From Octopus bimaculoides (lineage: Eukaryota): 64,000 bases of DNA. The translations under genes were made by a program, and so were the position numbers. Positions 13,974 through 27,879 of the stretch are shown piece by piece. A model generated the notes under the pieces. The model did not search any database. It was not told the origin of the DNA and saw only the letters and a list, made by a program, of their open reading frames with translations. Each line of letters starts with the position of its first letter. Position 1 is the first letter of the stretch. Where the stretch lies: the NCBI RefSeq assembly GCF_001194135.2, contig NC_068988.1, forward strand, positions 88,731,129 to 88,795,128. The letters are read 5' to 3'.

Positions 13974-14659
13974 GAACGGGTAAAATCAGTAATAATTTTA
14001 CCAGGTGGTCAGTGCGGAAATAAAAACCTCATAGGTAAATTTTACAAAGTATTTTATAATTATATGCATAATTATACATAAGCTGTGTTTTGGAACCTCA
14101 GAGGGCGATAGTCTTCCAAACGTAAGTTAGGATAGCTGGATTGATACGTATCCAGTTCTACACATCCTTCTCGGAGTTACATTGCACCTAGTGAAATCTT
14201 TTTAAAGCAAAGGAATATATTTCATAGTTTTGGAAAGGAGTTCGAAATAAGGATGATGGAACCAGATGAATTGTTATTTTCGCCGGTTTTGCAATTATCT
14301 TGGTTTTTCTGGATTTCCATACACAAAGCAAGGTAACCATACGGCTTCTTTAAATTGTTAATGCACTAGTTTTTTCTTTGTATTTCAAGTCTGGTTTGAA
14401 AAGTACCCTGTTAAATACAATACTAGATTTCTACTCCTGATTTTGTTATTGTAATACGTGGAGTATGACTGCAAGGTAACTCTATACATGCCCAATGATA
14501 TCACAGAATTCCTACAACTCTGTCACAAATGTTCAGGTTAGCGAAAACGCCAGGGACACTCACGTCATCTTGTTCTTACCTCATTGTAAATGTTTTGCTC
14601 AGCCTACCATGTCAATTGTTCGTCTGTGACTCATGTTGGAATATTTCCGATATTCATTT

Positions 14660-14858
14660 CTACTCTAAGCACAAGGCCCAAAATGTTTACGGAGGGGGCC
14701 AGACGATTAGAACGATCTCAGTACGCAACTGGTACTTAATTTATGGACCCCGAAAGGATGAAAGGCAAGGTCGACCTCGCCCAAATTGGAACTCAGAACG
14801 TAAAGTCAGACGAAATACCGCTAAGGATTTCGCTCCGCTTCGTAACGTTTCTGCCAGC
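14660..14858 (-). mobile_element. family A SINE
   Basis: Contains GACCCCGAAAGGATGAAAGGCAAGGTCGACCTCG…GAACTCAGAACGTAA, the reverse complement of the family A core and B-box. Confidence 0.85.
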
Positions 14859-15999
14859 ATTATTTCAGATATTAGGAATGTGTTTCGGGAGTATATCCTG
14901 TCATGGTAAGCAAAGATATGTCAATGTAGTTGTTACAGATCGCCCAGCCCCCTTGAAAATTGCAATAATGATGCACATTTCCTGATTAAAATTTAATGTT
15001 TGAGCCCCCCCAAATTTCGAGGATAAGTGTGAAAATCCTAAACGCACATCATGAATAAGATCCAGCGGGATGTTGTTAGGTCAGTGTGCTTCATTTGTTG
15101 TAATGTATAATAGTAAAGTGAAAGAAATACATGTTATGCTGGAGGCGGGGCCTCGGTTCCAGAGTAGCGGAGACTATTGAAAACAATTTGTTTTCAGCGT
15201 GGGTAAAAATGTTAGCATTACCAGTTATTTTTAATGTTCCTCATCGTTTCCACACCCCTCTGATTTCTATCAAGATGCTGCGTAGAATTCGAAAATCTGT
15301 ACATTATAGAAATATTTATTGTTCATTGTGTGCCTCCAATTCTCTTTGATCATTCTGATTTAAATTTGCCATTTTTTCTTGATCTCTTGAAAGCAGATTT
15401 TCTTGAAACAGAATGTCAATCATGTTTAAGAGAAAGAAGTATTACTTCTCTATATTGGTAAGACAGAAGACGTCTTGGTTAGTCCAACCAAACCACTTAT
15501 TAAACGTCATTTTAACAAAACCGATAATTTCTTTAGCTTATTTTGTGATGACGTTTCGGAGTGTTGACTATTTTTGACTACGTTCGTGTTGACAGGAAAG
15601 TTAGTAACATTTTCTTCCATAATTTATTGGAATTTTTCACAAAAAACTTTTCATGCCGTTGCAAGATGAATATCCTTCTGAGCGGATTTAATAAGTACAC
15701 ATAGGGTTTTCGACGATTCCATAGATAAGATCTGAGTTCGAGTGATGAAATTTGGGTAGGTCTAGCGATCATCGGTGTTATTTGCTATCTTGTTGAGGAG
15801 AATGTTTTAGATTGTATGAAAAAAGCGCTAATGCTTCGCCCGTAGATGCATCCACTCGGTTTTGAATTAATTTACAAAACAGGGCTAGGTGTTGGTGATA
15901 AACAATATCGACTCCATTTGCATTAATTTCCACTTCCTTGATTTCCCATTTCTTTCTTCCGTTACCATTTGTCCTTCTCTATTCTGCCATCGAGAGCAA

Positions 16000-16500
16000 C
16001 GTGCAGAACGAGGTTGACGTTTGCTGATACATTGACGATAGTATAATTGTCCTTAATGTCAATAGTAGAGTCAATAGTAGGGACACAAGTAAAAGTTAGG
16101 AACCTGTCTCATTAGAATAGTGTAGAAAGTGTCAATGGTTCTCATTAAAGTTGCAGGCCGAACTTCGTGATTCTTCATTAGTTTTGTTTTTACAACAAAA
16201 GCCCACTCCATGAACGTAGTGTTTATCTTCTTTCTCCTTTACATTGATAATGTAACCAGCGCCGAATTCTCCGCATTTCATTCTTCTAATTTCATTTAAA
16301 TTTCCATCAAGAAAACGTCTGACGTTCCATGTTCCAATGATAATGACTATAGTATGAGTGACATACATCACCATGTTTCAATCTCAAAGGTGAGGTTTCC
16401 CAACCAGAGGTTAAGCCATTCATTAGCTGCCCCGCTCTACCATTTTTTTACAGTCTTCTCCGTTTAGGGTCGACGATAGATACCCTAAAGATAAATCCGT
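16000..16500 (-). pseudogene. RTE-clade LINE 5' UTR and start of AP endonuclease
   Basis: ORF 16132-16374 contains IGTWNVRR and HYVHGVGF, the APE N-terminal motifs typical of RTE ORFs. Confidence 0.6.
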
Positions 16501-16599
16501 AGGATTTGAATCCTAAGTCCAGGACTTCACAATTCTGGGTACCTCATACATTCCACAAACTTGCATTTCCGGACGAGTAACATTAAGTTTCACCAGAAC

Positions 16600-17750
16600 T
16601 TTCTAATAACATCCATATCACCGCTGATCTTTTGGAAAAAATAATCAACCAGAAGAGATGCTGATAGTTGATAGTATTTTTAAGGTGATCTATAAGCAGG
16701 TTATGATTTTGGATTCTTAATTTGCAAGAAAATATCTTCCTGGATCCTTCAACAGCCTCCTATGATTTCTACATTAACTGATGGAAATATCTAACGAGTA
16801 TGACTTAAGCATTTCCAATATTTCTGGACGGAGCCCTCTAACTTATGGCGCATACTTGTCCCAAAGTTATGTTGTTTCGACCGGCACACCTCCTTCATTT
16901 GACAGATCATCCATTGATGTAGTGTATGTTTCATATTTTCCATGGACGTGCATTACAAAACGGACAAAGCTCTTTTCTCTTATATTTCTTTGAACTATTG
17001 TTGATTTACCAGTTGACCTCATCTGATGCTAAGCCTACTTTCAAGGTACATATGTTTCTCTCAGTCACACAAAATAATTATGCATCTCACTGAAAGCTGC
17101 AGTACCCTTGCCTTCCCATCAGTTCAGCTTATTCATACGGTCGGATTTTTGCAATCTCTTGTTGATTTCCTTGGCTATAATATTGATTCATTGAGTTGGG
17201 GGGAACTGAAAAGGCATCAGCTGAAGCAAGATTGATAACCCTGCAATCAAACGAGCCATGATCTTTCCTTATTGGTTTGCCAAGGTTAGTTTCTTGCTTT
17301 ATCTTACAGTATATTTGAAAGTCTGTATCTTTTTGTTTTCTATAGAAGCTAATTTTGTTATTCACGATTATCCATATTCCTCTCTTATAGAGAATTTAAA
17401 TTTCTATCCAATAATTTTCCTGTTTCCAGTTTAATACTCAAGGGAGGTCTGGTTCTGGTTTATATTGTTGGTGAGAAATGGGAAAGCTATTATTTGATTG
17501 CATGTGTAATATTCATTTCACATTTATCCAACTGCCAACTCATGATGAGACCATAAGAAATGTCAATGTTGTCATAGAGCCTGTATGCAGGTCATGTTAC
17601 ATTCTTCTTTCTGCTCGAAAAGGCATTAGTAAATTTGAGGCCCTATTCGAATTCTAACGTGAGCAATCTTTATTTGAATTCTACTCCAACATACCATGTT
17701 TACTTATAACAACAAACCACTTTCATTATTTAAGGTATTGGCACGAATAT
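16600..17750 (-). pseudogene. heavily decayed RTE-like LINE endonuclease/linker region
   Basis: Scattered motifs LKFTNAF…NVT*P (for LxITNTFF…TW) and a decayed SDHxLxMARL are visible, with many stops. Confidence 0.4.
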
Positions 17751-18468
17751 TGAAATGACATATTAATATCATTCGTATTGATCTCTCTGAGTCACACTGA
17801 AAATGGTCATTTGCAGAGAATTGTAAAATTATTTTATACAATCAGATTTGACAATCGTAAGAACCTATGCACTGATCAGCTTCGCAAAGTATCACTATCA
17901 AATAGAAACTCTCAAACTCGCACTCATTTCGATACTACAATAATTTTCGGCTTAATTTATTCAAAACAGGTTTATGGTTAAATCTACCCGGAATATGTCT
18001 TGTTGTTCGGCTGGTATTTCATTCCACATGTATGTAAACCCGATATAACCGATACGCTGATATTCTAGCTTGCTGGTCTGAAAAAAATGCACCAATATCA
18101 ATGCTGCACATTTCTAACTCCAATGGTAGGGATGTAGTGCGCTTCTCTCGGAGGGTAACAAACATTCACTACATATTTAGTCTTCTAGTAATAAAGCGAT
18201 TGCCCGCTTGACGGCGTCATTATTTTGATGCATTTTTGCCCATGGAAGGCAATACTACACAATAACTAGTTAGTAATACTGCCATTCACTCTGTGAGGTC
18301 TATCGAGTCTTATTGGCAGGTTTCAATCTTCCTCACGCTCGGTGTTCAAAAATCATCTTCATTACGAAGCATGCCAGGTAGGATTGCCGGTATTATAGAT
18401 CACGCACGCACTCTCGCACACGCGCACGTTCACACATACACGCACACATGCACGCACGCAGACAGACA

Positions 18469-18513
<45 letters not shown>

Positions 18514-18673
18514 ATATATATGCAAATACATACAGAAACATATACGGATGCGCATTCATTATACATACATAGACATATAAATAAACATACACGCAAACCC
18601 ACAAATGTATAGACACAAATATACATATGCATACAGACGCCTGCGCACAAACATGTATATACTTAGATGTAAA

Positions 18674-18717
<44 letters not shown>

Positions 18718-19991
18718 CACGCATACATACATATATAGAGAGTTCCATCAAACATATCAATGATATATGGCGATGAGACGCCATATGAAATACGTTCACA
18801 TAAACACACACACAAACACGTACACTTCCTCTCACACAAACACGTACACACACACTTGCAACACACGTGCATACACACACACAAACACGTGTGCGCGCGC
18901 ACACATATTTAGACAGCCCTCCCGCAGACACACACGATTATATCGATCGATGATATATAGCCGTGTGTCAGAATGATAAAAATCGATTAGTTAATCGATA
19001 AGAAAAAAAAAAAAATAAAACAAAACAACGGACAAGAACACCGCATAATCTCAGCCGTTCTTATTCTGTCTGAAACACACAGACATATAGGCCCACAAAC
19101 AGACAGACTGATTCTAAAAATAGATGTCTTGCAGAGAATTACAGACAAACCACAGAAGAAACGAAAGACATCTTTTAAATGTCTTTTGTAAATGGTTTTA
19201 TAAATATATATATATATATNNNNNNNNNNNNNNNNNNNNNNNNNNNNNNNNNNNNNNNNNNNNNNNNNNNNNNNNNNNNNNNNNNNNNNNNNNNNNNNNN
19301 NNNNNNNNNNNNNNNNNNNNNNNNNNNNNNNNNNNNNNNNNNNNNNNNNNTGCGCGTGTGTATATATATATATATATATACGTAATACTGTGTTTCATTG
19401 ATTTTTTTTGTAGGTTTTTATCTGATGTTTGTTTTTCTTCTAGAAATTCTTATGGTAGCTGAGGTGGAATTGGAAGAGTGACAAACAAAATAAATACCTT
19501 CTGGTATTATTTACTTACCTTCCATTTCTGTTTCTTAGTTCAAATCACATCGGGGTTAAATTTACCGATTATTCCCTCGTGCTATGTAAAATATGCACTG
19601 GACAAAGACCGGGTATTAATTTTTATTGATTACCACTAAAGCAGCGAGTAGGCAAAGTTGACAGGATGCTGAACGAAATAATTAGTAGCATTTCTTTCGG
19701 ATTTACGTTCTGAGTTCAAATTCGGCTGAGCTTTGCATTTCGGTGACGATGGATTAAGTAGCATGAAAGAAATAGGGTCGATATAAGCCACAAGATACCT
19801 CCCCTAACTGCAGGCATTGTACTTATCGCAGACAGAAACGTTACCTTGTGGTGCTTCATTAACTTTCGTTACGTTTCTGACTTGAAATCATTTTGGGGTG
19901 AACTTTTGCTGTCTGTTCTGTAGTAGTTTGTAAACTGTGCCAGGTAGGATTGCTAGTTTTATAGACCATGCATGCACGCTCACTTTCGCAT

Positions 19992-20040
<49 letters not shown>

Positions 20041-20459
20041 CACACACACATACACATTAGCAAATACATACAAAACCTTCATTCTTAGACACATATTCAT
20101 TATACTTAAATAGGCATAAACATATATGCAAACACACAAACTTATGGACACATACATACATATGCGCACGTAAAAAAAAAAAAATACCGGACGAGAACTA
20201 ATTATTCAATTCAGTAATTACGTTATGATTTTCGGTACGTACTTAGTTTCCTTTGTGTTTCTTAGTTTGAAACACATTGAGTTTACCTTCAAATTTCATT
20301 CCTTCGACAGTATATAACAGTTATCCCGAGCAAGAACTGAATGTTATTTTGAATCGAAAGCAGCCTGTCTGGTAATATTTACTCATCTTTCAATTATTGC
20401 CTCAGTTCAAATCTCATCGGAGTCAAATTAACCATTAATCCTCTCGAGTGTATGTGGAA

Positions 20460-20876
20460 TATTGATTTCAAATTTTGCCACTAGGCCAGCAATTTCGATT
20501 ACAGTGACCCCAGTGCTCAACTGGTACTCATTTCATCGACCCTAAAGGAGATGAGAGGCAAAGTCGACCTCGTAAAGACGGATGAAATGCTGTGAAGCAT
20601 TTTGACCGGCGTGTTAACGATTCCGTCAATTCGCCGTCTTAGGAGTATGTGAAATATTGGTTTCAAATTTTGGCACAAGGCCATCAATTACAGGAGAGTT
20701 GGGTACGTCGATTACAAGAAACCTAGTACTCAACTGATTCTTATTTCATCAAACCCAAAATGGATGAAATGTAAAGTTGAGGTCGACGAAATTTGAACTC
20801 AGAAGATAAAGACGGAAACAACGCCGCTTAGCATTTTGCCCGGCGTTCTAACAACACTGTCTGCTCGCCGCTTTGG
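20460..20876 (-). mobile_element. two head-to-tail family A SINE copies
   Basis: The family A core occurs at ~20510-20570 and ~20720-20810, and heads end at ~20640 and ~20872. Confidence 0.8.
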
Positions 20877-20959
20877 GAGTATATTAATCACTCGAAGACT
20901 GGTTATTAATCTAAGAGACTACACATTCATCGTGAGCTCAACACACCGAAATATTGGGT

Positions 20960-21170
20960 AACATGTAAGGGTTAGGGGTATTGAGCTCAACGTTTAGGCT
21001 TTGAGTTCGATTCTCGGACTAGTCGGTGCGTTGTGTCCTTAAGCAAGGTTCTTCGTTTTACGTTTTCCTTGTAGACTTAATAGACAATGAATGTCAGAGG
21101 CTGCTTGGGATGAACCTAGCGACAGACTGGCGTCTCGTTCAGGGATAGGGCCCATGTATTTTCAGTCTAA
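20960..21170 (+). mobile_element. old CORE-type tRNA SINE
   Basis: B-box GAGTTCGATTCT, then GCGTTGTGTCCTTAAGCAAGG (CORE-like) and …GCGACAGACTGGCGTCTCGTTCAGGG. Confidence 0.5.
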
Positions 21171-22752
21171 GCACCTAGAAAATCCGGATAATCTTCGGCA
21201 TAATGACTCCTGCAGGATAGAGGTAGACAGAGTCACGTCATAGCTATGATATATCTTTGTGTTAGTGACATAACAATATGATTAAAAGGGCAATCAGTGG
21301 TGATGACGGAGAATGGTGGAAATATAAGTTATTTCGTAGCATACATTGATATTACTAGTTCAAATCCAGATAGGGTTTACCATGCCTTTTCCTTCAGAGA
21401 GTCGGTGATGTATGTACTAGGTGAGCACCGGGGATTGTTTAATTTGTGCTCCAAAACATCGTGACATTTGAAATAGATACTATTTGTTGGTCATATATTG
21501 GGTTACTGCTTCGCTCTCCTGTTCATTCCCCGTCGATCAACACACCGCACATTCGTGAAGACATATGTTATATGTTCTGTTGTTGACAATTTAAATGTTA
21601 GCAACTGACAAAATGGATATTGACCGAAATTTTTTTATGTACTATTTTATTTATGCAATATATTTGAGGACAATTCTTTAAATTTTGTTTCGTTCACGTA
21701 GACATCAATTCATATCCTCGGTAATGTGTAGGAGCTTGTGTACACTCAGCGATAAAATATTGTGATCTGATGAATCTGATGAACGAAGATTGTACTTCAT
21801 GTAAGTGCTGTTTAATGAAGTTCACTTACCCATAAGACGCTGGTTACTGAGAAAGTGAATGAAGTGTACGACGAAGAAATCTTGGAATTTTACAAATATG
21901 TGATAATATCCAGGACGGAAATAAATTATGAACTATGGTCAATATTCAATACCGTCAATATGTCATGTGCGGTCCAGCAAAACCATTCTAAACGCAGGAG
22001 TAATGACTGACCGTCAGTAAGAATTGGGTGTGTAAAAAAATAAGAAATATTACACCAGATGATTCAAGATTCTTGTCTTTACTAATCTCGAAAGATAAAG
22101 CAATGCTTAGTGAATATATCTCAACCACTTGTCATGTGTATCGTTACTGGTGTTTAACCGACGGCTGTGAGTGCAGATGCAGAAACTATGGTTCAGCTAC
22201 CCAGTAGGAATCTGCTGAGGAAAACTAGATACACTAAATGTGGTTTCAATTTCAGCTCTATAAAATAATAGAGTGTACGTTAAGCAATAATGGACTTTAA
22301 ACTAAACACATCACAGCTATTTCAGGCATTCTTGAAAATAAGACTTCATATTTCAAATTATTCTTAAAACAAATGGTGCGAAAATTCGTTTTATATATTT
22401 ACGCTTTGGCTCACATATAAGCCATACTCCTTATTAGTTTGGATTTGTGAGAGAGCATCGTATTTGCATTGTTTAGAATGAAGATCAGTGGAGTTATTAG
22501 ATGGCAGGAACTTGATAATATTACTGAAATAGCTATAGGGGTAAAGAAGCTCTGTGGAAAGCTTAAAGAATAAAGGCATCACAGTGGTTTACTAAACGTC
22601 GCAAATGCTCAAATATTTTGATCACTAATGGATAATTTTGAGAAAAATTTATCCTTGATAACATATATAAACCGTCAAGAACATGTTTTCCAAAATGCTG
22701 CAATAATAACAGAACGCAGATTAAAGCTTGAAATGCTCAAAGAATTGAATAA

Positions 22753-22784
22753 TACAGGAGTTGGACAAAATAATGGAAACACCT
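22753..22784 (+). repeat. solo Tc1-like terminal inverted repeat
   Basis: TA followed by CAGGAGTTGGACAAAATAATGGAAACACC resembles Tc1-family TIRs. No partner or transposase was found. Confidence 0.4.
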
Positions 22785-22904
22785 AGCATCATAGCATCAT
22801 AATTTTAAAATATCTATAAAACCGTCAAAAGCTTATTTATTTTTACGTTTTTTTTTATTTATTATTAGTGTTGCTTAATATGTTTTGCTAATATTGCTGA
22901 ATTA

Positions 22905-23035
22905 AGATGGCGAGCTAGTAGAATTGCTAGCACGCCGAGCCAAAGCCTAGCGGAATTTCGTCCGTCCTTAAGTTCTAATTTCAAATTGCGCCAATATTGA
23001 CTTTGTCTTTCATCCGAGGATGCTGGCCTTGTGTC
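22905..23035 (+). mobile_element. family A SINE, 3'-truncated
   Basis: Head GATGGCGAGCTAGTAGAATTGCTAGCACGCCG followed by a decayed B-box and core. Confidence 0.7.
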
Positions 23036-23801
23036 AACATTTTAAATCAGTCAAAATTAATGAGAATTAGACATGTTACAAGTACACAGAAGATCTGAAT
23101 AAAAAAAAATGGGGAAATATACAGAAGGATGGGAAGAAGCAAATGATTGTAGGGTGTTGAAGATAGAAAGTCCTCGTAAATGTACGATGAAGGAAAGGTA
23201 TGAGTAACTGGGGTCTGGTATTCAAATTTTACTATTGTTTTGGGTTGAATTAAATATGAAAGTATATTAGTAAACAAATATATATTCAGGTCACCATATC
23301 GTTTGGTACACAAGGTTATTTTTGTGCTCTTTTATGGGCCGTATAAGAATGTTTATAAATAATACACTGGTTCATAATTCATAAGTCAGAATGAGATTGA
23401 ATTTGGTGTTGTTGACAACAGTTTCTATGAAGANNNNNNNNNNNNNNNNNNNNNNNNNNNNNNNNNNNNNNNNNNNNNNNNNNNNNNNNNNNNNNNNNNN
23501 NNNNNNNNNNNNNNNNNNNNNNNNNNNNNNNNNNNNNNNNNNNNNNNNNNNNNNNNNNNNNNNNNNNNNNNNNNNNNNNNNNNNNNNNNNNNNNNNNNNN
23601 NNNNNNNNNNNNNNNNNNNNNNNNNNNNNNNNNNNNNNNNNNNNNNNNNNNNNNNNNNNNNNNNNNNNNNNNNNNNNNNNNNNNNNNNNNNNNNNNNNNN
23701 NNNNNNNNNNNNNNNNNNNNNNNNNNNNNNNNNNNNNNNNNNNNNNNNNNNNNNNNNNNNNNNNNNACATACATACATGCTTGCATACATACATACATAG
23801 A

Positions 23802-23832
<31 letters not shown>

Positions 23833-24270
23833 GTGTATACACATGCACACTGATGCACACACATGCACACAAACAAACAAAATGAACGCAGCTTTGATAA
23901 CGAACAGAGTCAACGACCATTGAAACGTTGGCAAGAGGCAACGAACATTCTAGAAAAAATAAATACGTAAATGAGTGGAAATCGAACTGGTGAGTGTGTT
24001 AAATAATAAGTCACTAAAAGAGAATGACTTTCCCCAGCTACAATAAGATTTTTTTCAAAACACGAATTCACATAAGGAATCTTTCAAATTAAATTTAAAA
24101 GATGAAAGATATATAGAGATAGCATTATTGTAACAAATCAGTGGTACTTGCCCTAGATATAGAAGTAAAGACTGGAATATGATAAAAAGAGTTTGTGATA
24201 AACAAGGTGAACACGTATATATATATGGTGGTTGTCTACTCCTTAAACAGAGTTTGACCACCTCCTGCAC

Positions 24271-24577
24271 CTACACCTTAGCCCTTTCATGGCGTCTGAT
24301 GTGGCTTTTTAAACCAGACAGTGTTTTGAAAAAACACCCACACAGATTGCACCTCTGATTTGCACTACCAATACCTGCAAGTAAATTCTGCTCATTGTGG
24401 ATCCTACCATGTCTTTTAAGATCCCCATTGGATTTGCAAACCCTCTGGCACACACCACATTCAAACGTGTGCACAGACATATAATCAGAATAGCTGGATG
24501 AGGTTTGTTTTCCATGGGTTCGCAGGTGAGATTTGAGGCCAGCCAAGGACAGACATGGTCTGTCACAGACTGTGCAC
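24271..24577 (-). CDS. C-terminal part of an ORF with three C2H2 zinc fingers (5' part lost in N gap); RTE-like LINE ORF end or host ZnF protein
   Basis: Fingers are CTVCDRPCLSLAGLKSHLRTH, CGVCQRVCKSNGDLKRHGRIH and CNLCGCFFKTLSGLKSHIRRH. No stops occur, linkers are long and not TGEKP, and a short 3' region with a (TA)n run follows. Confidence 0.65.
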
Positions 24578-27500
24578 NNNNNNNNNNNNNNNNNNNNNNN
24601 NNNNNNNNNNNNNNNNNNNNNNNNNNNNNNNNNNNNNNNNNNNNNNNNNNNNNNNNNNNNNNNNNNNNNNNNNNNNNNNNNNNNNNNNNNNNNNNNNNNN
24701 NNNNNNNNNNNNNNNNNNNNNNNNNNNNNNNNNNNNNNNNNNNNNNNNNNNNNNNNNNNNNNNNNNNNNNNNNNNNNNNNNNNNNNNNNNNNNNNNNNNN
24801 NNNNNNNNNNNNNNNNNNNNNNNNNNNNNNNNNNNNNNNNNNNNNNNNNNNNNNNNNNNNNNNNNNNNNNNNNNNNNNNNNNNNNNNNNNNNNNNNNNNN
24901 NNNNNNNNNNNNNNNNNNNNNNNNNNNNNNNNNNNNNNNNNNNNNNNNNNNNNNNNNNNNNNNNNNNNNNNNNNNNNNNNNNNNNNNNNNNNNNNNNNNN
25001 NNNNNNNNNNNNNNNNNNNNNNNNNNNNNNNNNNNNNNNNNNNNNNNNNNNNNNNNNNNNNNNNNNNNNNNNNNNNNNNNNNNNNNNNNNNNNNNNNNNN
25101 NNNNNNNNNNNNNNNNNNNNNNNNNNNNNNNNNNNNNNNNNNNNNNNNNNNNNNNNNNNNNNNNNNNNNNNNNNNNNNNNNNNNNNNNNNNNNNNNNNNN
25201 NNNNNNNNNNNNNNNNNNNNNNNNNNNNNNNNNNNNNNNNNNNNNNNNNNNNNNNNNNNNNNNNNNNNNNNNNNNNNNNNNNNNNNNNNNNNNNNNNNNN
25301 NNNNNNNNNNNNNNNNNNNNNNNNNNNNNNNNNNNNNNNNNNNNNNNNNNNNNNNNNNNNNNNNNNNNNNNNNNNNNNNNNNNNNNNNNNNNNNNNNNNN
25401 NNNNNNNNNNNNNNNNNNNNNNNNNNNNNNNNNNNNTAGCGGCTTACTTACACTTTGGTCTCTTATATGTAAGTATATATTTATCTAAATCTTGTACGAC
25501 TCTATTCTTTTATTCTTTCCTTCTTTCTATCAGCCCTTTCACACCTACTTCGTTCTTTCGTTCCTCCTCTCTGATATTTCATTGCCTTCTCTTCTATGCT
25601 CACTTTCCTTCCTCTTTTCACTACACTCTATCCCTGTAATTTTTTTCTCGCCTCTCCTTATTTCTTCTGACTCTGCCCTCTACCTCTGTCTTCTCTCCCC
25701 AACTGTTCGATGTTCGGCCAAGCCTGACCTTTCCTTCCTGGTTTGACTGCAGTCCGTGCAACATTATGTTCTTCCCTGTGCCTGTGAAACATTGTATACC
25801 TGCCGGAAGGCTTTACTTCCACACACGCTAGCTTAATTCAATTCGTCCTTAGTCGAAAGACTGTTGTTATGTCCTGTTATTTGCATTTTTGTAACCTTCT
25901 CTTTCTTTTTCCGCCCTTGTTTTCGTTTATATTCGCTGCTTTCTTCCAAGGGAACTACTGCCCTTAGCTTAGTTTTTCCTTGGGGCTGATCAGATTGGAG
26001 TAATCCTGTGTATAACCAGCTGAAATTGCAAAGATAATACGGAACTCGACTAAGGAAAGAAAACTCCGATTGACTCTTCCTTGTTTTCTTTGTATCGTCT
26101 ATCTGGATGCTTTGCGTTCTTGTCACATTTTGTATTTTTTTTATATTTGTGCNNNNNNNNNNNNNNNNNNNNNNNNNNNNNNNNNNNNNNNNNNNNNNNN
26201 NNNNNNNNNNNNNNNNNNNNNNNNNNNNNNNNNNNNNNNNNNNNNNNNNNNNNNNNNNNNNNNNNNNNNNNNNNNNNNNNNNNNNNNNNNNNNNNNNNNN
26301 NNNNNNNNNNNNNNNNNNNNNNNNNNNNNNNNNNNNNNNNNNNNNNNNNNNNNNNNNNNNNNNNNNNNNNNNNNNNNNNNNNNNNNNNNNNNNNNNNNNN
26401 NNNNNNNNNNNNNNNNNNNNNNNNNNNNNNNNNNNNNNNNNNNNNNNNNNNNNNNNNNNNNNNNNNNNNNNNNNNNNNNNNNNNNNNNNNNNNNNNNNNN
26501 NNNNNNNNNNNNNNNNNNNNNNNNNNATATGTATATATATATACATGGAAAAAGACACACGCACACATACACATATAAATATTCACAGACTTAATATACA
26601 CACAGACACACACATATCTATAGTCATGTACACCCATACACAGACCAGAATCATCCCGCTTTGATTTGTCTATTTTAGTATTTAACCTTTTGACACAAAG
26701 TAATTCTTCCAAGAAAACACATGAAACAATATAACTACCTAAACACATAAAAACATACACATACATAGACACATATATACATACACACACACACACATAT
26801 ACATATACACACATATATATGCTTAAACGTACATACATACAGACGCACACATCTGTATATGAATGCATGCGTTTATATATAAGCAAACATACTAAGTATA
26901 AACAGTCCTCTTTTCAGAATAAGTGGAGAAAATAACTTCCTAATAAACAATTTAAATACACAATACCTCTTATTATGTGTCCACTCGAAACTTTTATTTC
27001 AGTATTATTGTGTGCCTCTGCTGATCAGACAGTTCCTCTCAGAACTACTTTAATTTCTCTCTCATCGGTTCTCATACTTTCCATATCATTTCATCTTCCT
27101 CATTCTCTTCTCTTCTGTATCTTTCATTTCTCCTTGTTTTGTCTTTTTTTTAGATACTGATCGAGGTATATTTTCTAGAGGATCTTCGATTGACCTCTTT
27201 TTCACATACTTTTTCTCTCTCTGTTTGTTTAAACAAAATATAAATAAATATTGCAACGAAACTTGAGGTACAGTGTTTCAGGGTTAATTTGAGGTTATCG
27301 TCGGAGATAAGCTATTCTTATTGTTAAATTGCTTATATAGATATTTCTTTATTTGCCTTTATATGTATATGTATATATATATATATAAAAATACAAATAT
27401 ATATGTATATATATGTGTACGTGCGTACTTATTTACGTATGTGTATATGTATGTCTCTATGTGTTTGTGTACAGATGTATGTGTGCGTGTATGTTTGTGT

Positions 27501-27685
27501 GTGTGTCTAAATGGGCATGATGTTTTTTTTAATCATACGCTCGTACGTAGATTTGCTATGATCAATTTCAGACCTGACTTAAGAATCTGGTTTTAAAATC
27601 ACCTGCTTCTTGTTTTATGTATTTATTGATGTAAGCCAGTATTTTGTAAAGGAAGTTTGCTTTCAGTTATAAGTATGTTTCTGCG

Positions 27686-27718
<33 letters not shown>

Positions 27719-27879
27719 CTGTGTGTATCTGTGTGTATACACATATATGTATGTATGCATGTACGTATACGTGTATGTATGTATCAATCTATCGCTGTCT
27801 CTGTTTCTGTCTTTCTCTCCCCGCTCTCTCTAAATATATATATATCAAAATTGTTCAAGTATTCTTGAGGCATATTCGA

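Noticed and set aside
14570-14650. Strong minus-strand donor GAG|GTAAGA at ~14580
   Set aside because: All upstream frames hit stops within ~10 codons and the acceptor is weak. It is more likely decayed TE sequence.
19513-19590. Minus-strand donor AAG|GTAAGT at 19519
   Set aside because: It lies within a degenerate SINE-derived segment and there is no convincing open exon.
21830-21846. Possible 17-nt microexon with good acceptor and GTAAGT donor
   Set aside because: It is too short to distinguish from chance without RNA data, and it is not a multiple of three.
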